A stretch of 64,000 bases of DNA from Selaginella moellendorffii (Eukaryota; Plantae; Lycopodiophyta). The position numbers and the translations under genes were made by a program. The stretch is from NCBI RefSeq assembly GCF_000143415.4, contig NW_003314346.1, positions 420,657 through 484,656 of the forward strand. Direction: 5' to 3'. Of the stretch, positions 24,435-37,461 are shown one piece after another (positions within the stretch are counted from its first letter, which is position 1; each line of letters begins with the position of its first letter). The notes beneath the pieces were generated by a model. The model had not been told where the DNA came from and searched no databases. It saw nothing but the letters and a program-made list of their open reading frames with translations.

Positions 24435-25571
24435 TCATGTGAGCAGATGCATGAGCTTGGCAGGAGCAGCGATTTGCGGCTCCTCGGAACAAGGCGGAGG
24501 CTGATTCAAGTCGAGAAATGGAAGCGGCTTGGTGGATACCGGAGGAGCTGCCTCGGCATCGATAACGGACGAGGAGGAATCGCAGTCGCTCTGATATGTG
24601 GAGCTCTGCTGGATCGCCTTCTGCTGCTCCGGCTCTTGTGGCTGCAAGCAAGGAGAAGATTTGACGAGCCACGCTGCCTGATGGTGGTGATGATCCAGCG
24701 CCGCTAGCGCCACGGCCGACGAAGAACTAGTGTTGTGGGTGGTAGCACCAGTCCTCATCTTCTTGGCGTCGGGAGCAAAAGCCTGGCGAGCGAGGGGGAG
24801 CGATGGCGGCGAGGAATCCACCGGCAGCGCCTGGGGGATGATCAAGGATCGCTTGATGCCATGGCCGCTGTTGTTGGCGGAGGAGCAGATGGGATGTTGG
24901 TGGTGGAGGAAGTGGAGTGGAGTAGCCACCGGGATGGCCTCGAATGGGCCTCGGCAAGGGCGGAAGCTTGTGATGGTGGAGATGGCGGATTCGTGGCCTC
25001 CTCCGGTCTGGACTGATGGGTGATAGCGCTGCTGCTGGTGCTGGTGCTGGTGCTGGCCATCGTCCACGATCTGGATCATGGACGAGGCGAGGTCGGGCAT
25101 TCCTAGATTCAGATCCACAACGCTGGAGGCCCGCCCGGATCCAATCATCCTGCTCGGCCCCCTCCAGGACGAGAGATCGCTGGCGACGGGCAGCGCCAGC
25201 GGCGGAGGAGGGCGGTGGTGGATCAAGTGGTGGTGGTGCTGCTGCTCGTACTTGGGACTGCTCCAAGATTCCACGGTGGAGCTCTGGCTGGTGCTCTGAT
25301 CATCGCAGGGCGGGGTGAAATTGGTCTTGGCCTTTGCTCCGCGCAGCGCCCGGGCTGCATTGTCGTAGGCCCGCGCCGCCTCCTCGGCGGTGTCGAAGGT
25401 GCCGAGCCACACGCGAGTCTTCTTCCAGGGATCCCTTATCTCCGCCGCAAATCGCCCCCACGGCCTTTTCCTCACGCCCCGGAAGTGCGCCTCCTTCACC
25501 GCCGCGCCGCCGGCCGCCACGGACTTGATGCTCGCCGCCGCCTCCTCCGCCTTGAAGCCACCCATTCTCAT
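24435..25571 (-). CDS. AP2/ERF transcription factor, EAR-motif repressor class (group VIII)
   Basis: [57 protein letters not shown] and C-terminal FLDLNQPPP. Confidence 0.95.
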   Translation of the reverse strand: MRMGGFKAEEAAASIKSVAAGGAAVKEAHFRGVRKRPWGRFAAEIRDPWKKTRVWLGTFDTAEEAARAYDNAARALRGAKAKTNFTPPCDDQSTSQSSTVESWSSPKYEQQHHHHLIHHRPPPPLALPVASDLSSWRGPSRMIGSGRASSVVDLNLGMPDLASSMIQIVDDGQHQHQHQQQRYHPSVQTGGGHESAISTITSFRPCRGPFEAIPVATPLHFLHHQHPICSSANNSGHGIKRSLIIPQALPVDSSPPSLPLARQAFAPDAKKMRTGATTHNTSSSSAVALAALDHHHHQAAWLVKSSPCLQPQEPEQQKAIQQSSTYQSDCDSSSSVIDAEAAPPVSTKPLPFLDLNQPPPCSEEPQIAAPAKLMHLLT

Positions 25572-28054
25572 TCCTTTCGATTCGTCAATCCAATGAATGG
25601 AGGAATGGATGAATTCGCTCGCTTGCGCTTGCTCGCTCGCTGCTCAGCAGCTAGCTCGCTAGCAACCTTCCAGATCGAAGGGATCGGCCGACCCGATCGG
25701 GCAGACCAAGAAGAAGCTCGATTCCTAGAGAAACTCTCTCCGCAAAGAAGAAGAGAAACGCTTCAAAGACCCATGAAGAACCCTAATGCTCCAAGCGCTA
25801 AATTTTATTTTAACCGCAAGGGAGGGATTTCCCGGGCGTGCGTGCGGCGGCGGCGGGAGGGCCGGCGAAACGGCCGGCCGCATGCGGACGGCGCGGCGGG
25901 CTAGACCTAAAATGGCGCTGGCGGATCGGACGACCAAGATTTGTTTCGTTGCGGCCGTCAATGGTCAAAGCCCGGCCGTCAGGCCGGCCACGGTGCAGCG
26001 CGGACAGTGACGGGTGCCGACCCGAGGTGGGACCGGACTGGCATGACGGGCGGCGACGGGCAGATCCGGCATAATCGTGTGCTCGCGCCGCCGCGCCCGC
26101 CCTTCAATGCGCGGCGCCGTCCAGCCCGGCCGGTCCCACATGCATGGCGGTATTTTCTTTCATTCCTTTTCGCGTCTTTTGTTTAGTCGGAAAATAGTTT
26201 ATCTTTTCTCCCATTTATGCCCCAGGCTGACATGGATGGCATTGGTCGGTGATGATGCATGTGGACTCGCAGACACGTGGCGTGCCCGGACTTATGGGCC
26301 CCATGCCCCCATGTCACACTCTATACGGCTACTCACCGGCTGCTTTTTCGCGCGTACCTTCATGGAATCATTCCGCCGCCCCCACCAGAGGTGCTGATGC
26401 CAGCATGACCATGGCCACAAATCAGACATGTGACCACGCATGTCCGTACCAGATCCATGCCTTCTCGGAGAAGAGGTCTTGTCTGCCAGCATCCGTGGCG
26501 GCGCTGGCGGCAAAAGACCAATAGAGTAACCTAAATTTTTGGATTGAAAAGAGAGGACGGCATATGCCGCCTACCCGTGAATCACGCCCTTGCAGAGTGC
26601 CGCCATCCGTACACGCACAACGCCGGCGGTGCTGTTGTCACGCGCCAGGGGTGCATCTGTTTTACCCCTTGGTCACCGACATTACGGTCTTCACTTCACT
26701 CTTCAGCTTACCTACACATTACCTCACGTAGAAACTCGAGAGCTTGAGAATGGAGGGTCCCATCCCATGGGTATGCCCATGCCATATCATTTATCCCATG
26801 GCCGTCCACGGTCCATCCATGCATCCATTCTATCCCTCCCAGCCGTTTTCACCACTTTAAATTACCGTGTCCTCGGGGGTCCTCCTAAATTAATTTTCCC
26901 TCCCATGCAACAGCAAGTATGGTAGAGGTTATGATTTTCTTTGTTGTTAATGTTCCCTTGTGCAGGTACCACACGCCCGAGGTTTACTCCTTAAAAACCC
27001 TTTAATCTCGGTAACGATACCCTTGATTATGAAACGGATTAAGCCTTTAGCCTTCGTTTAGAAAAACCATCCCGATCCCGCCATCGCCACTCAAACAAGG
27101 AAATGCCGGCAGTAGAGGGACCGGGCGTGCCGTTTGCCGGGAATCCCCCGGGTAGTGTGCAATGCATGTTGTCACAGCGCCGCCACCCACGCACTGGGGC
27201 GGTGGGGCTGCAGCAGCAGGCAGGGCACTGCACTGTACTGCAGACTGCATGACCACCGCCAGCCACCTCCCTCCCCACCATAGATAGCTGAAAATCCCTG
27301 TCCAGTACTGTATTATACACTTATATGTGCTGGGCGTAGGGTAGAGCGTATAGCTCGCCAGACAGAGAGAGGCCTCGCGACGTCTGCCTAGGCTCTAAAT
27401 ACGTCTTGGTTAAAGTATGTATGAAGTATGAAGACGAGGGGCCCGGGTGATTTGCAGGCAATCATCATGTGGTGATGCATGCGGTTTGTATGTTTGACGG
27501 CCACCTACCTAGTGTACGGCCCCTGCGGTGGCCCCACGTGCCAACCATCTGATTTTCGCGGCTCTTGCGCACCGCGCGGGAAGGTGTTACTGGGCTGCGC
27601 GCAGGATGACCACACGGCTGCCGCCTGGCACAAGCGCACGGCAGCCACGTACGACAGCCTTTCAGGTGCCCACCCGGCCGCCGGCCGGGCTTGGCAGGCC
27701 GCGGTCAAACGCGTGGAATCGACGGTTGGGATGTCTGCTGACATGGACAACAAGACTGGTGAAAAGACGGCGGGAGTGGCGGCCGCCGTACGGATGGCCG
27801 CCACGCGTCGCCATGGCTGTGAGCCGGCGTTCGTGGCCCAACGCCCGTGCGCCTGTCGGCGACCTGTCGGGGGAGAGGGAGTGTTTTCGATTCGATTTGA
27901 TTAGGCCCCGCATTTTTTTTTGGCTTGTGACACATTTTCCTAAATTGTGATTGATGCACACCCTTACCATTATCCTTTTGTCTATATTTCTTGTCCAATA
28001 GAAGCCCGCAAATTGGTAGTGTTTGGCGCAAAACGTTAAAACTAGCCATGCCTT

Positions 28055-29638
28055 TCACTGAGCGATGGCATTTGCGAGCAGCACATACGCGGACCCATGC
28101 CTGGAGTCGAGTCCAAGAGCACGACCTGCGACCTCGGCCCCATAGCCAGCATAGCCAGATTGTTGGTGGCTAATGCAGGAACTTAGCAAGCATCTCCACT
28201 CGAGCGCATCGGGCTCAAAGGGCATGTTGAGGATGAGATCCCTGGCGTGATCCAGATGCCCGGCACGCGCAAACAAATCGATCATACAGCAAAAATGCCG
28301 CTTGTTTGGGACCAAACCAAAGTCCATGGCCATGGAAATGAAACAGGCAACACCACGCTCCACATTTCCGCTGTAGCTTCTCGCAATCAAAGCGAGAGCG
28401 AAGCAGGACTGGTCGGGGAAAAACTCCGCCTTGATATGATCAAAGGTGTCCAGCGCTTCGAGTATGTGCCCGGTTTGAGCATAAGCAGCAAGCATCACGC
28501 TCCACGATACCAAGCACCGCTCAGGCATGGATCCGAGAACAACACTCGCAAGCTCAAGGTGTCCATTTTGCGTCAGGGCTGACAAAAGAGTGTCCCAAGT
28601 TACTTGGTCCCGAGCGGGCATTTCGTAAAACAAGGCCTTCACTTCTTTCACATGTCCATGTTGAGCATACGCTGCAAGTATCGAGTTCCACGACACAAGA
28701 GTTCTCTCTGGAATACTATTAAACATCACCTTGGCCTCTTCCACGCGGCCGCCAAGAGCATATCCCGAAAGCAACGCCTCCATGGACACAACATTCCTTT
28801 GTGGCATGCTGTTGAAAACGTCCTCGGCGAGCTCCAAATGCCCGTTTTGGGCATATGCAGAAAGCAGAGCCGTCCACGCTATGAGATTTCTCTCCGGCAT
28901 GGCATCAAAGGTATCCCTTGCTTCGCGAACTCGGCCCTGTTGTGCATATGCAACAAGCATTGCAGTTAACGAGACGAGGTCTGCCTCTGGCATGTCTTCA
29001 AACACGCTCTCACAGCCTTGGATATTTCCTGCTTGCGTGTGGGCGTGAAGAAGAGCCGTCCATGCCAGGAGATTCCGCTCGGGCATCCTATCAAACAGCT
29101 CTTGGGCTCTTTGAAGATGATGATGTCCACTCTGGGCATACGCGTCGAGCATCACAGTCAAGGCTATTAGATCCAGTTGTGGCATCGAATCAAACATCGC
29201 TTTCGCGGCATCAACTTGGCCGTCTGATGCAAATTGTGCTGCAACTGTCGTCCACGATATAAGATCGTGTTCTGGCATTTGATCGAGCAAGCGCTTTGCT
29301 ATGTAAAAATACCCCGCTGCGGCAAATGCTTTTATAATGGCTGTCCACGACACCAAATCCCACAGCGGCATTGAGTCGAACAGAGCTATGGACGCTTCGA
29401 GGTCGCCAGATCTGGAGAACGCGCCGAGAAGGAGATTCCAAGATATAAGATTCTTCCAAGGCATCTGCTGAAAGACGGATCGAGCTTGCCGAGAATGCCC
29501 GTTCCTGGCATACACCGAAATCATACAGTTCCATGACACAACGGAGTGGTGTGGCATTGAATCAAACACTCTCTTTGCTTCGTGGAGATTCCCATTTCGG
29601 ACATACTCCGAAAGAACACGGTTCCAGTCCTGGAGCAT
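28055..29638 (-). CDS. PLS-class pentatricopeptide repeat protein with truncated E domain, no DYW
   Basis: Tandem ~31-aa repeats (F..MPERNL.SW.ALL.AYAQ.G), HFCCMIDLFARAG, MPFEPD and terminal SAYVLLAN. Confidence 0.93.
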   Translation of the reverse strand: MLQDWNRVLSEYVRNGNLHEAKRVFDSMPHHSVVSWNCMISVYARNGHSRQARSVFQQMPWKNLISWNLLLGAFSRSGDLEASIALFDSMPLWDLVSWTAIIKAFAAAGYFYIAKRLLDQMPEHDLISWTTVAAQFASDGQVDAAKAMFDSMPQLDLIALTVMLDAYAQSGHHHLQRAQELFDRMPERNLLAWTALLHAHTQAGNIQGCESVFEDMPEADLVSLTAMLVAYAQQGRVREARDTFDAMPERNLIAWTALLSAYAQNGHLELAEDVFNSMPQRNVVSMEALLSGYALGGRVEEAKVMFNSIPERTLVSWNSILAAYAQHGHVKEVKALFYEMPARDQVTWDTLLSALTQNGHLELASVVLGSMPERCLVSWSVMLAAYAQTGHILEALDTFDHIKAEFFPDQSCFALALIARSYSGNVERGVACFISMAMDFGLVPNKRHFCCMIDLFARAGHLDHARDLILNMPFEPDALEWRCLLSSCISHQQSGYAGYGAEVAGRALGLDSRHGSAYVLLANAIAQ

Positions 29639-29686
29639 TGGATCAAGCACACGATCACCATCGCCGTGAGAGCAACGATCACGCTT

Positions 29687-31002
29687 CTAGCTAAGACCCA
29701 TGACGGGTCTTTGTTGCTGCCCTTCTTCCTCGTACTCGACCTACAAAAAGGAGAGCGCGTGAGAAAATTCCCCAAGGAAGAAGGAACCACGCACCTCAAC
29801 TGTTTGCCGCCTCTTCTTCTTTGGAAGAAGAGCACCCTCTTTACGCTTCCGCCTTCTATCGTCATCGCCATCGTCTTCCTCCTCCTCGTCACTGCCATCG
29901 CTGTCGTCTTGAGCGTCATCTCCATCGTTCTCGAGCATATTCATGGCTGTGAAGTCTTCGATATCATCCTCTTCTTCCAGCTCGTCATATCCTTCTACAT
30001 ACTCTGGCACGGGCTCTTCTTCTTCTTCCTGGAAAGAGAAAAGAAACGGAAAAACTTGGCAGTGAGCAATGTTTGTCTGGAATGTCAGCTACCTCTTCTT
30101 CTTCTTCCTCTTCTAGTTGCGTGTCATCGAGAACTTTGTTGTAGAGCTCGGTTGGGAAATTGTATATGTCACCGTAAGTACCACTTTGAAGCCTCTGGAG
30201 CAGTTCTTTCTCGATCGCCTGAAACAACGAGTGTTGGTTCTAAGACATGGAAAGAAAACCAATGATCTTGTTGCAATTACCCTGTCAAGAACAGCCGCAA
30301 CTTCAGCTTTCGCCTCCCTACGGGCCTCCCTCTTGACTTGCTTTGCAGGCATCGTCACAAGCTTTTCACTGCAGTGAAGGAGCGCACGAAAAATCCGTAA
30401 GAGAAGAGATTGAGGCAACAACTATACGAACTTGTTTTTCAAGGCGAGCCTGCGCATTCGGATCAAATACTGTGTCATTTTTGTGAGACGCTGCTTGTTT
30501 TTGTGTACCAAAAACTTCGGCCAATGTTGCTACAAGGAAAAACCATAGATTGAACCATGAGCAGAGTGCTAAAATCCATCTAAAACATACCAAATGCTTG
30601 TCAACGAGCTCCAGAGCTTTCGCATAGTTCTTCGGAAGCTTCAACCTTTCCCACAGCTTATTTGGAGTGTGTGCTCTCTCTATACTTTTCATATAGAGAT
30701 ACAAAACCCCTGAGAAAAAACGAAAGAAAATAAGTTGTTTTGAGAAGAAAGAAGAAAGAGCTTGCTTGCCTTCGTGTTCCCTAATTGTGGCATATCGACT
30801 GTTGGCAAGAGGACAGGAGCTGCGATTGCAAAGCCCCGTGACATTGTATTGATTCCGGCAGAAACTCTGCGTCTGGGTCCTGCATTTCCGATCGATCGCA
30901 ATTGAGAGAGAGATCCACCGGCGGCAATCGATTCGCTTACTTGGCCCGGAAGCTACACTGGTTGTGATTGATCACCTGCCATATCACCTCGTCGTGCTGC
31001 AT
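29687..31002 (-). CDS. MAK16: Ribosome biogenesis protein MAK16
   Basis: [53 protein letters not shown] and [19 protein letters not shown], with an acidic tail. Confidence 0.96.
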
Positions 31003-31016
31003 CCTCGCTTCGCCTT

Positions 31017-31047
31017 AAACCCTAACCCGCCAGCGAGTTTAGGGTTT
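31017..31047. promoter_or_regulatory. Two opposed telo-boxes between MAK16 and CBR
   Basis: AAACCCTAA at 31017 and TTAGGGTTT at 31039. Telo-boxes are typical of plant ribosome-biogenesis promoters. Confidence 0.55.
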
Positions 31048-31220
31048 ATGCCGTACATATATGACCATGGGATGGATGGTACGGACGATCGGCTGAATGG
31101 TAGGCAAATCACGTGGGAAAATGGTCGGTAAGGTTTCCTGGCCGTCCGATTTGATCGACTGTGGAGAAGAAGAAGAACACACCCTTTCTGTGGGAGAGAG
31201 GACGAAGCGCGAGGAGGGAG

Positions 31221-32654
31221 ATGGGGAGCGCGGAGCTCGCGACGCCAATCTTTCCACTCAGCGCCTTCAATGTCAGCGTTGGCGTCGCCCTGCTCTCCAT
31301 CGTCGCCGGCGCGTTGTTCTTGTGGATTTCCAGCCGCCGCTCCAAGAGTGAGTGATTCTTCCTCGGATTTCTTCACAGATCCGATGCGCAAGGCATTCTT
31401 GTCTCGAATCTGTGCGCTCGCGAGTTTAGGTCGTGAGGATGTTTACGTTTTTTCTGGCTCTTTTTTCCTTCCAGGGGCTTTGGATCCCGAGAAATGGATC
31501 GATTTCAAGCTGGTCAAGAGGGTCCAGGTTAGCCCCAACGTTACCAAGTTTCGATTTGCATTGCAGACTCCAACCACGATTTTGGGACTTCCAATCGGCC
31601 AGCATATGATGTGCCGGTAAGAAAAATTCCATCCCTTCGCGATCCTTGCTCACGCATTGTGTTTTTCTTTGCTCGCTAGTGGTAAAGACCGAGATGGAGC
31701 TGATGTGATCAAGCCTTACACACCGACGACGCTGGATTCGGATGTTGGTTACTTCGAACTCGTTGTCAAGGTGTGTTTCTCCTCACCAAACGAGCGAACG
31801 TTCCATGTCTCAAAAGAAACTTCTTGCAGATTTATTCTCTAGGACGAATGTCTTACCATTTTAGCGAGCTCAAAGAGGGTGACTACTTATCGTGCAAAGG
31901 ACCCAAGGTGAAGTGATTTCCTTCCATAGCTTCCTTCTCAACAACAGGAATTTTGCAAACAGGGCCGCTTCACTTACAAGCCAAACAAATTCAGAGCTTT
32001 CGGTATGCTTGCTGGTGGTTCCGGCCTGACTCCAATGTACCAGGCAAGCCCTCACGTTTTCTAGCCTCAGATACGAGCATGAAATTATGTTTCTACATTT
32101 CAGGTGACTCGGGCCATTTTGGAGAACCCGGCTGACAAAACAAAGATCTTCCTCATCTATGGGAACGTGACATATGACGATATATTGCTCAAGGTAAAGT
32201 GCTTTTGTGCTTTCTATCATCGAGCGCGGTCTTGTCACTCTTGTCTTTTTTACAGGAAGAGCTCGACAGCATGGTAAAGAAATTCCCGGGCCGCTTTGGA
32301 GTGTACTACGTACTAAATGACGTGAGTTTCTCAGCTCCACACATCGCAAAATCTCTTTTTTCTCAGCTTAAGTGCAACTAACTTGTTCTTACTTTCTCTC
32401 GGTCCAGCCTCCTGCAGATTGGAGTGGTGGCGCAGGCTTTGTAACAGCGGACATGATCAAGACGTACTGCCCAGCTCCTGCCGATGATATCCAGGTACGT
32501 AGCACGAGAAGAATTCAAAAGCTAGAAGCGATGACGAACTCTATTTTCTTTCAACAAACAGATTTTGAGGTGTGGACCTCCTCCGATGAACAAAGCGATG
32601 GCCACACACTTGGATGCGCTCGGCTACTCTAAGGAGATGCAATTCCAATTTTAA
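31221..32654 (+). CDS. CBR1: NADH-cytochrome b5 reductase
   Basis: N-terminal [34 protein letters not shown] and CGPPPM, ending in FQF*. Confidence 0.93.
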
Positions 32655-32772
32655 AAAGCGACCAAGAGCGCCTCTAATGATAAACAAGAACCATTTTTTT
32701 GCCTCTCTCTCTCTCTCTTGCTCTCGAGTAATAGGGCTATACACGGCAATGCAAAACCCAGAGCTTGGGTTT

Positions 32773-34943
32773 ATGGCGACTTCCTCGCTCGCAACGCTGG
32801 CGAGGCCAAAAGGTCTTGTAAGTAGAACAAATCTTAGTTTTGTGGATCCTGGAAGGGACTACCTAGGTGCTAGCCTGTGGTGCAAACAAAGGGGAGCTAG
32901 AAAATCCTTGCTAGTGTGCGCGGATGCCAAGAAGATCGCGATTGGCGAGCAATCTCGACTGGCTCTACAAGCCGGGATTGACAAACTGGTGGACGCGGTT
33001 GGTGTCACACTGGGACCTCGAGGTTTGCTTTCTCTGTTGGAAGAGAACTTTTTTTTCAAGTGGTTTTTCTACAGGGAGAAACGTTGTTCTCGATGAGAAG
33101 GACAAGGATATACCCAAAGTCATCAACGATGGAGTAACAATCGCAAAGATGATTGAACTTCTAGACCCAATGGAAAACGTTGGAGCTTCACTCATCAAAG
33201 AGGTCTGGCTTCTTTCTCTTCGTTTCTTCTAAACTTCTGCGAATCATACTCATAGGTGACGATGAAAACGAACGATTCCGCGGGCGATGGCACCACCACG
33301 GCAGCTGTTGTGGCAAGGGAACTTGTCAAGCTCGGCCTCTTAAGCGTATCTTCCGGTGCCAATCCTGTTGCTTTAAAACGAGGAATCGATAAGACGGTCT
33401 CGATGTTGGTAGAGGAATTAACACGAAGATCGCGGCCCGTCAAAGGCCACAACGATATCAAAGGTATGCTCGGTGGTGTTTTCTAAAACTTGTTGCTTAC
33501 TTTGCTCGTTCCTCAGCAATCGCGACGATCTCTGCTGGTAACGACGATGCTGTCGGGAAAATGATAGCGGACGCTTTGGACAGAATTGGTCCGGATGGGA
33601 TCCTTTTGATCGAATCGTCGTCAACTTTGGAAACTTTTCTCGTGATCGAGGAGGGAATGCAGGTATATGTTTCGTACGTGTTTCTCTTGTTTGCGTTCTT
33701 TGCTGAGACGACTTAGCACATAACAGTAGTTTGACAGGGGCTACATCTCCACAAGCTTTGTCAACAATCAATCCAAGTCGACCGTGGAGCTTGAAAACGC
33801 GCGCGTCCTGGTGACAAACCAGAGAGTTTCATCAGCCAAGGATGTAATTCCAGCTCTGGAGAAAGTCACACACCTGGGCACTCCATTGCTCGTTATAGCC
33901 GAAGACGTAACAGGAGAAGCACTGTCCATGCTCGTTGTCAACAAGACGAGGGGCGTTGCGCAGGTTGCTGCTGTCAAAGCTCCAGGCTATGGTGATAGGA
34001 AGAAGGCCCTCCTTCAAGACATTGCAATCTTCACAGGTTTGCTGCTCTTCCATTTTCTAGGAGGCACTTGACGTTTCTTTCTTTTGTAGGTGCCGAGTTT
34101 CTGGCTGGTGAGCTAGGATTGCAACTTGAAGACTTGACGATCGATCAGCTTGGTGTTGCAAAGAAAGTTACAATCAAAGAGAAGTCGACGGTCATTCTGG
34201 CTGATGATGCTACCAAGGGAGAGATCAAGGCAAGAGTTGCTGAGATCAAGAAAGACCTGGAGCTGTCAGACTCCGCATATCATTCCGAGAAGCTAGCAGA
34301 GAGAATCGCAAAGCTCTCTGGTGGAGTGGCTGTTATCAAGGTTTGTAGCAACACATATCTCTCGAGAACACGCTCAAAGTCTTAGAAGCTGTCTTTTTAC
34401 AGGTTGGAGCTGCGACGGAGGCGGAAGCCGAAGATCGAAAGCTCCGGCTTGAAGACGCAAAGAACTCCACTTTCGCTGCTGTCAAAGAGGGAATTGTTCC
34501 GGGCGGAGGAGCGGCCATGGTTCACTTGTCAGCGGCTGTTGCAGGCATCAAGGAGAGTCTAAGCGATCCTCAAGAGAAGCTCGGTGCTGATATCGTGCAA
34601 AAGGTATGGCAACCTTCGCTGGTGGCTTGGCTTTCACTCTCTTTTCCAGGCACTTTTAGCTCCGGCAGCTTTGATTGCCAGCAACGCGGGCGTGGAGGGA
34701 CAAATGGTGGTGTCAAGAATCCTCGAGAGCGAGTGGGAGTTTGGCTACAACGCGATGACGGATAAGTTTGAAAACTTGGTTTTGGGCGGAGTGGTGGATC
34801 CGGCAAAGGTGACGAGGTGCGCTCTCCAGAATGCGGCGTCTGTGGCGGGCATGGTGTTGACAACCGAGGCCATCGCCGTGGACAAAGTGAGAAAGCCAAA
34901 GCCCAAAGTCCCTCCCGTCCCAGGAGTAACGGACCAGCTATAA
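32773..34943 (+). CDS. CPN60A: Chloroplast chaperonin 60 alpha subunit (probably alpha-2 type)
   Basis: Transit peptide, [44 protein letters not shown] and [12 protein letters not shown], with C-terminal KPKPKVP. Confidence 0.93.
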
Positions 34944-35135
34944 TACTTTGTTCCAAGACAATTTAGAATTCGCTCACGAAGCATAGTTTATTGTGTTGAC
35001 TTAATGTATACAATAGCTGGAAAAATTTGCTGTGGTGAGATCGCTGGCCTATTGATCTTGGCCTTTTGCGGTTGATCTACAATATAAATTACAAATGCAG
35101 GCTCCTCGGCTGTAGAGAGGTAGCAGTAGTTGAAA

Positions 35136-35647
35136 ATGTTCAAGTCTAGTTTGATCTTGACAGTATTGGCTGTGGTGATCTCTGTAAGTTATCCTGCTTG
35201 TTTAGTTTCATTCATCCTGTTTACGTTTTGCAGGCTTCTGGATCATCTGATGATACTCCTGGATACAGCCATGAAGATCACGGCCATCACGGTGTAGCTA
35301 CGGAATTTTGCACTGGTAGTTTCTTGGATACGTGCAGTCTGAGCTCTTACGACCAGAAAGCCGGAGTCCTCGCCGCAAGATGCACCAAAATAGATGGCAC
35401 GAAACAAAACACGACACTCCATGTCAAGTCTTGCCCTTTGCACGTCCGGAGCTGTACGTTTGATTCGAGTTGCGGAGACTTCAGCTGCAAGCGTCGGGAC
35501 GGTCGGGCAGTGGATGTGACCAAGCTTGCCACAAATATCAATGGCAGGCTGATTTGCTGTGCTCGCCCTCAAGCGCAAGCTCCCATCTCGCCTCCGGCCC
35601 CGGCGCCGGCTCCTTCCGCTAAGAAGCATAAAAGAATTCCATATTGA
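35136..35647 (+). CDS. Secreted cyanovirin-N homologue (CVNH-like lectin) with Pro/Ala-rich basic tail
   Basis: Signal peptide MFKSSLILTVLAVVIS|ASG (intron 35184-35233). Repeat 1 is GSFLDTC..GVLAARC..DG and repeat 2 is F..SC..CKRRDG..NINGRL. Confidence 0.7.
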
Positions 35648-37461
35648 TACTAAAGAGAAACAAAATGTTTTCCTAAAGTTCTAAAGAAAAATAATGTTTT
35701 TTGGGTTTTAGATTTGGGGGCCAACTATGGTGTTGTGTACTTGATGCTATCCTCTAAACCATGGTAAAGTTGGCCATAGAAACTTAGCCTCAAGAACCAC
35801 ACAGTCCGCTAGAGCCGTTGAGGGTCGATTTGGAGGTACCGATACAAACACTAATATTTCAAGCTCTCCCCTGAGAAATGGTTATATGGTAGATTCTAGC
35901 TTAGGTTAGTTTCCATTTTGTGTTGCGATGTTCTCTGTCTTCTCATTTTAATCAAGAGTTTAGAAAGATCACAACCTACTCGATGCTATCATACCTCCTG
36001 TAGAGGATGGTGTAGATTGGATCGTGGACAGAAATCTTAAAGAGCTGGATGCTCACGTAGTATGCAGCAGTGACACTGGAAAGAGCTTACATTTAGAATC
36101 TTGTGGAGTTGAGGAGAAAAGCTAAGAAATGTAAATACCTTCCAAAGCAAACCAGGAGAACTATCCATATAATTCTGCTCACGACACTGTCTTCTTTGTA
36201 CCAAACCCAGCACTGCACGAAACACAGTTAGTCCACTGCAATTAAAAGAAGCTAGAATCTCCTCTCTCACGCCAAAAATGAAGACTAGAATGTAGAAATC
36301 CAGCAAGGTCTCCTTCATCCACCTGAGAAACCAAAAGCCGAATCAACTGGAACGAATTCCAGATCCAATTCACTCACGGTGTGAGGAGCTCCATCCTGAA
36401 CGGCGATCCATCCGTGACGCAAGTATAAGCAATCGTCGCGGCCAAAATCGTGCCCAGTGCGATGAATCCCACCCTCGCCAGAACCACGCCTCCCGCCATT
36501 GACGAAAAATGCTTGCGGCCCTCAACAGCCCACGTATATGCAAATACAAAGCGATCCTGGAATATGCCCTACAAGCTTTTGTGACCGATCGACTGCTCCA
36601 CAGAAGACGAGGCTTCCCGGAGGCCACTCATGTCTGCTTGAGAATGGTCGCCACTGCCAGATGCCTCAATTGCGGGTGTAAGCTTGTTCTTCGTCAAGAT
36701 TTGAAAAATCTTTCCGAGAGCTTACGTTCCTGGCTCGAGGGGCGGCTCGAGCCTGGCCGTCAATGACCAAGCTCTCGCTCTAGTACTGCTTGAAAGTCAA
36801 TGCTGGCTTGGCATAGAGATGGCAAGATGGAGACCGCGACTTTGACAGATCAGTCAAGGCCGGCCCAAGGTTGATCCAGCAACAAAGGTGGTCATTGCCA
36901 AGAAGAAGATGACCTTGGATTGGAGGCCCTGGCGCACTCGATGTACATGGACGATCCGAAAGAAGTTAACAAGACCAGCGTTGTCCTCGCTCCGAGTCCT
37001 GTCCATGTTGGGTAAAACAGCACCTCGGCTTGGTCAGTCCACAGGGACGCACTTACACATCAGCTGCTAGCGACTTGAGAGCACAATATGCATCTTTATG
37101 TGCCCACTGTGAAGTAGAGTGCTCGTTATCGCCAGCACCACCTTTACATGGTGGCACCGCAATGGATAATTAGAATATCTTCCTTTGGGAATTCTCGACA
37201 CTTGTTTTGGAATCCTGGAATGCCGTATAGAAGCGTCCCATTGGCAGGCCGGAAGATTGCTGTCTCAGCAACGGATTAAACGTGGGGAAAACCATGTCCA
37301 GCTCTGGCGAAACTCCAAACCTAACATACAAAGTGGGCCTGCTTGTGCCTTCTCAAGAATGAGCACGAGCTAGAAGAATAAGTAGTAGCTTGTTCCAAGC
37401 ATTATAAAAAAGTGTCGAGCACCTTGATAAGGCCAAGGTGGAGCAGCATTTAGAAAAGGAA

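Noticed and set aside
35900-37200. Exon-like fragments with possible splice sites between CVNH and CYP74
   Set aside because: Could not assemble a consistent reading frame or recognise a family.
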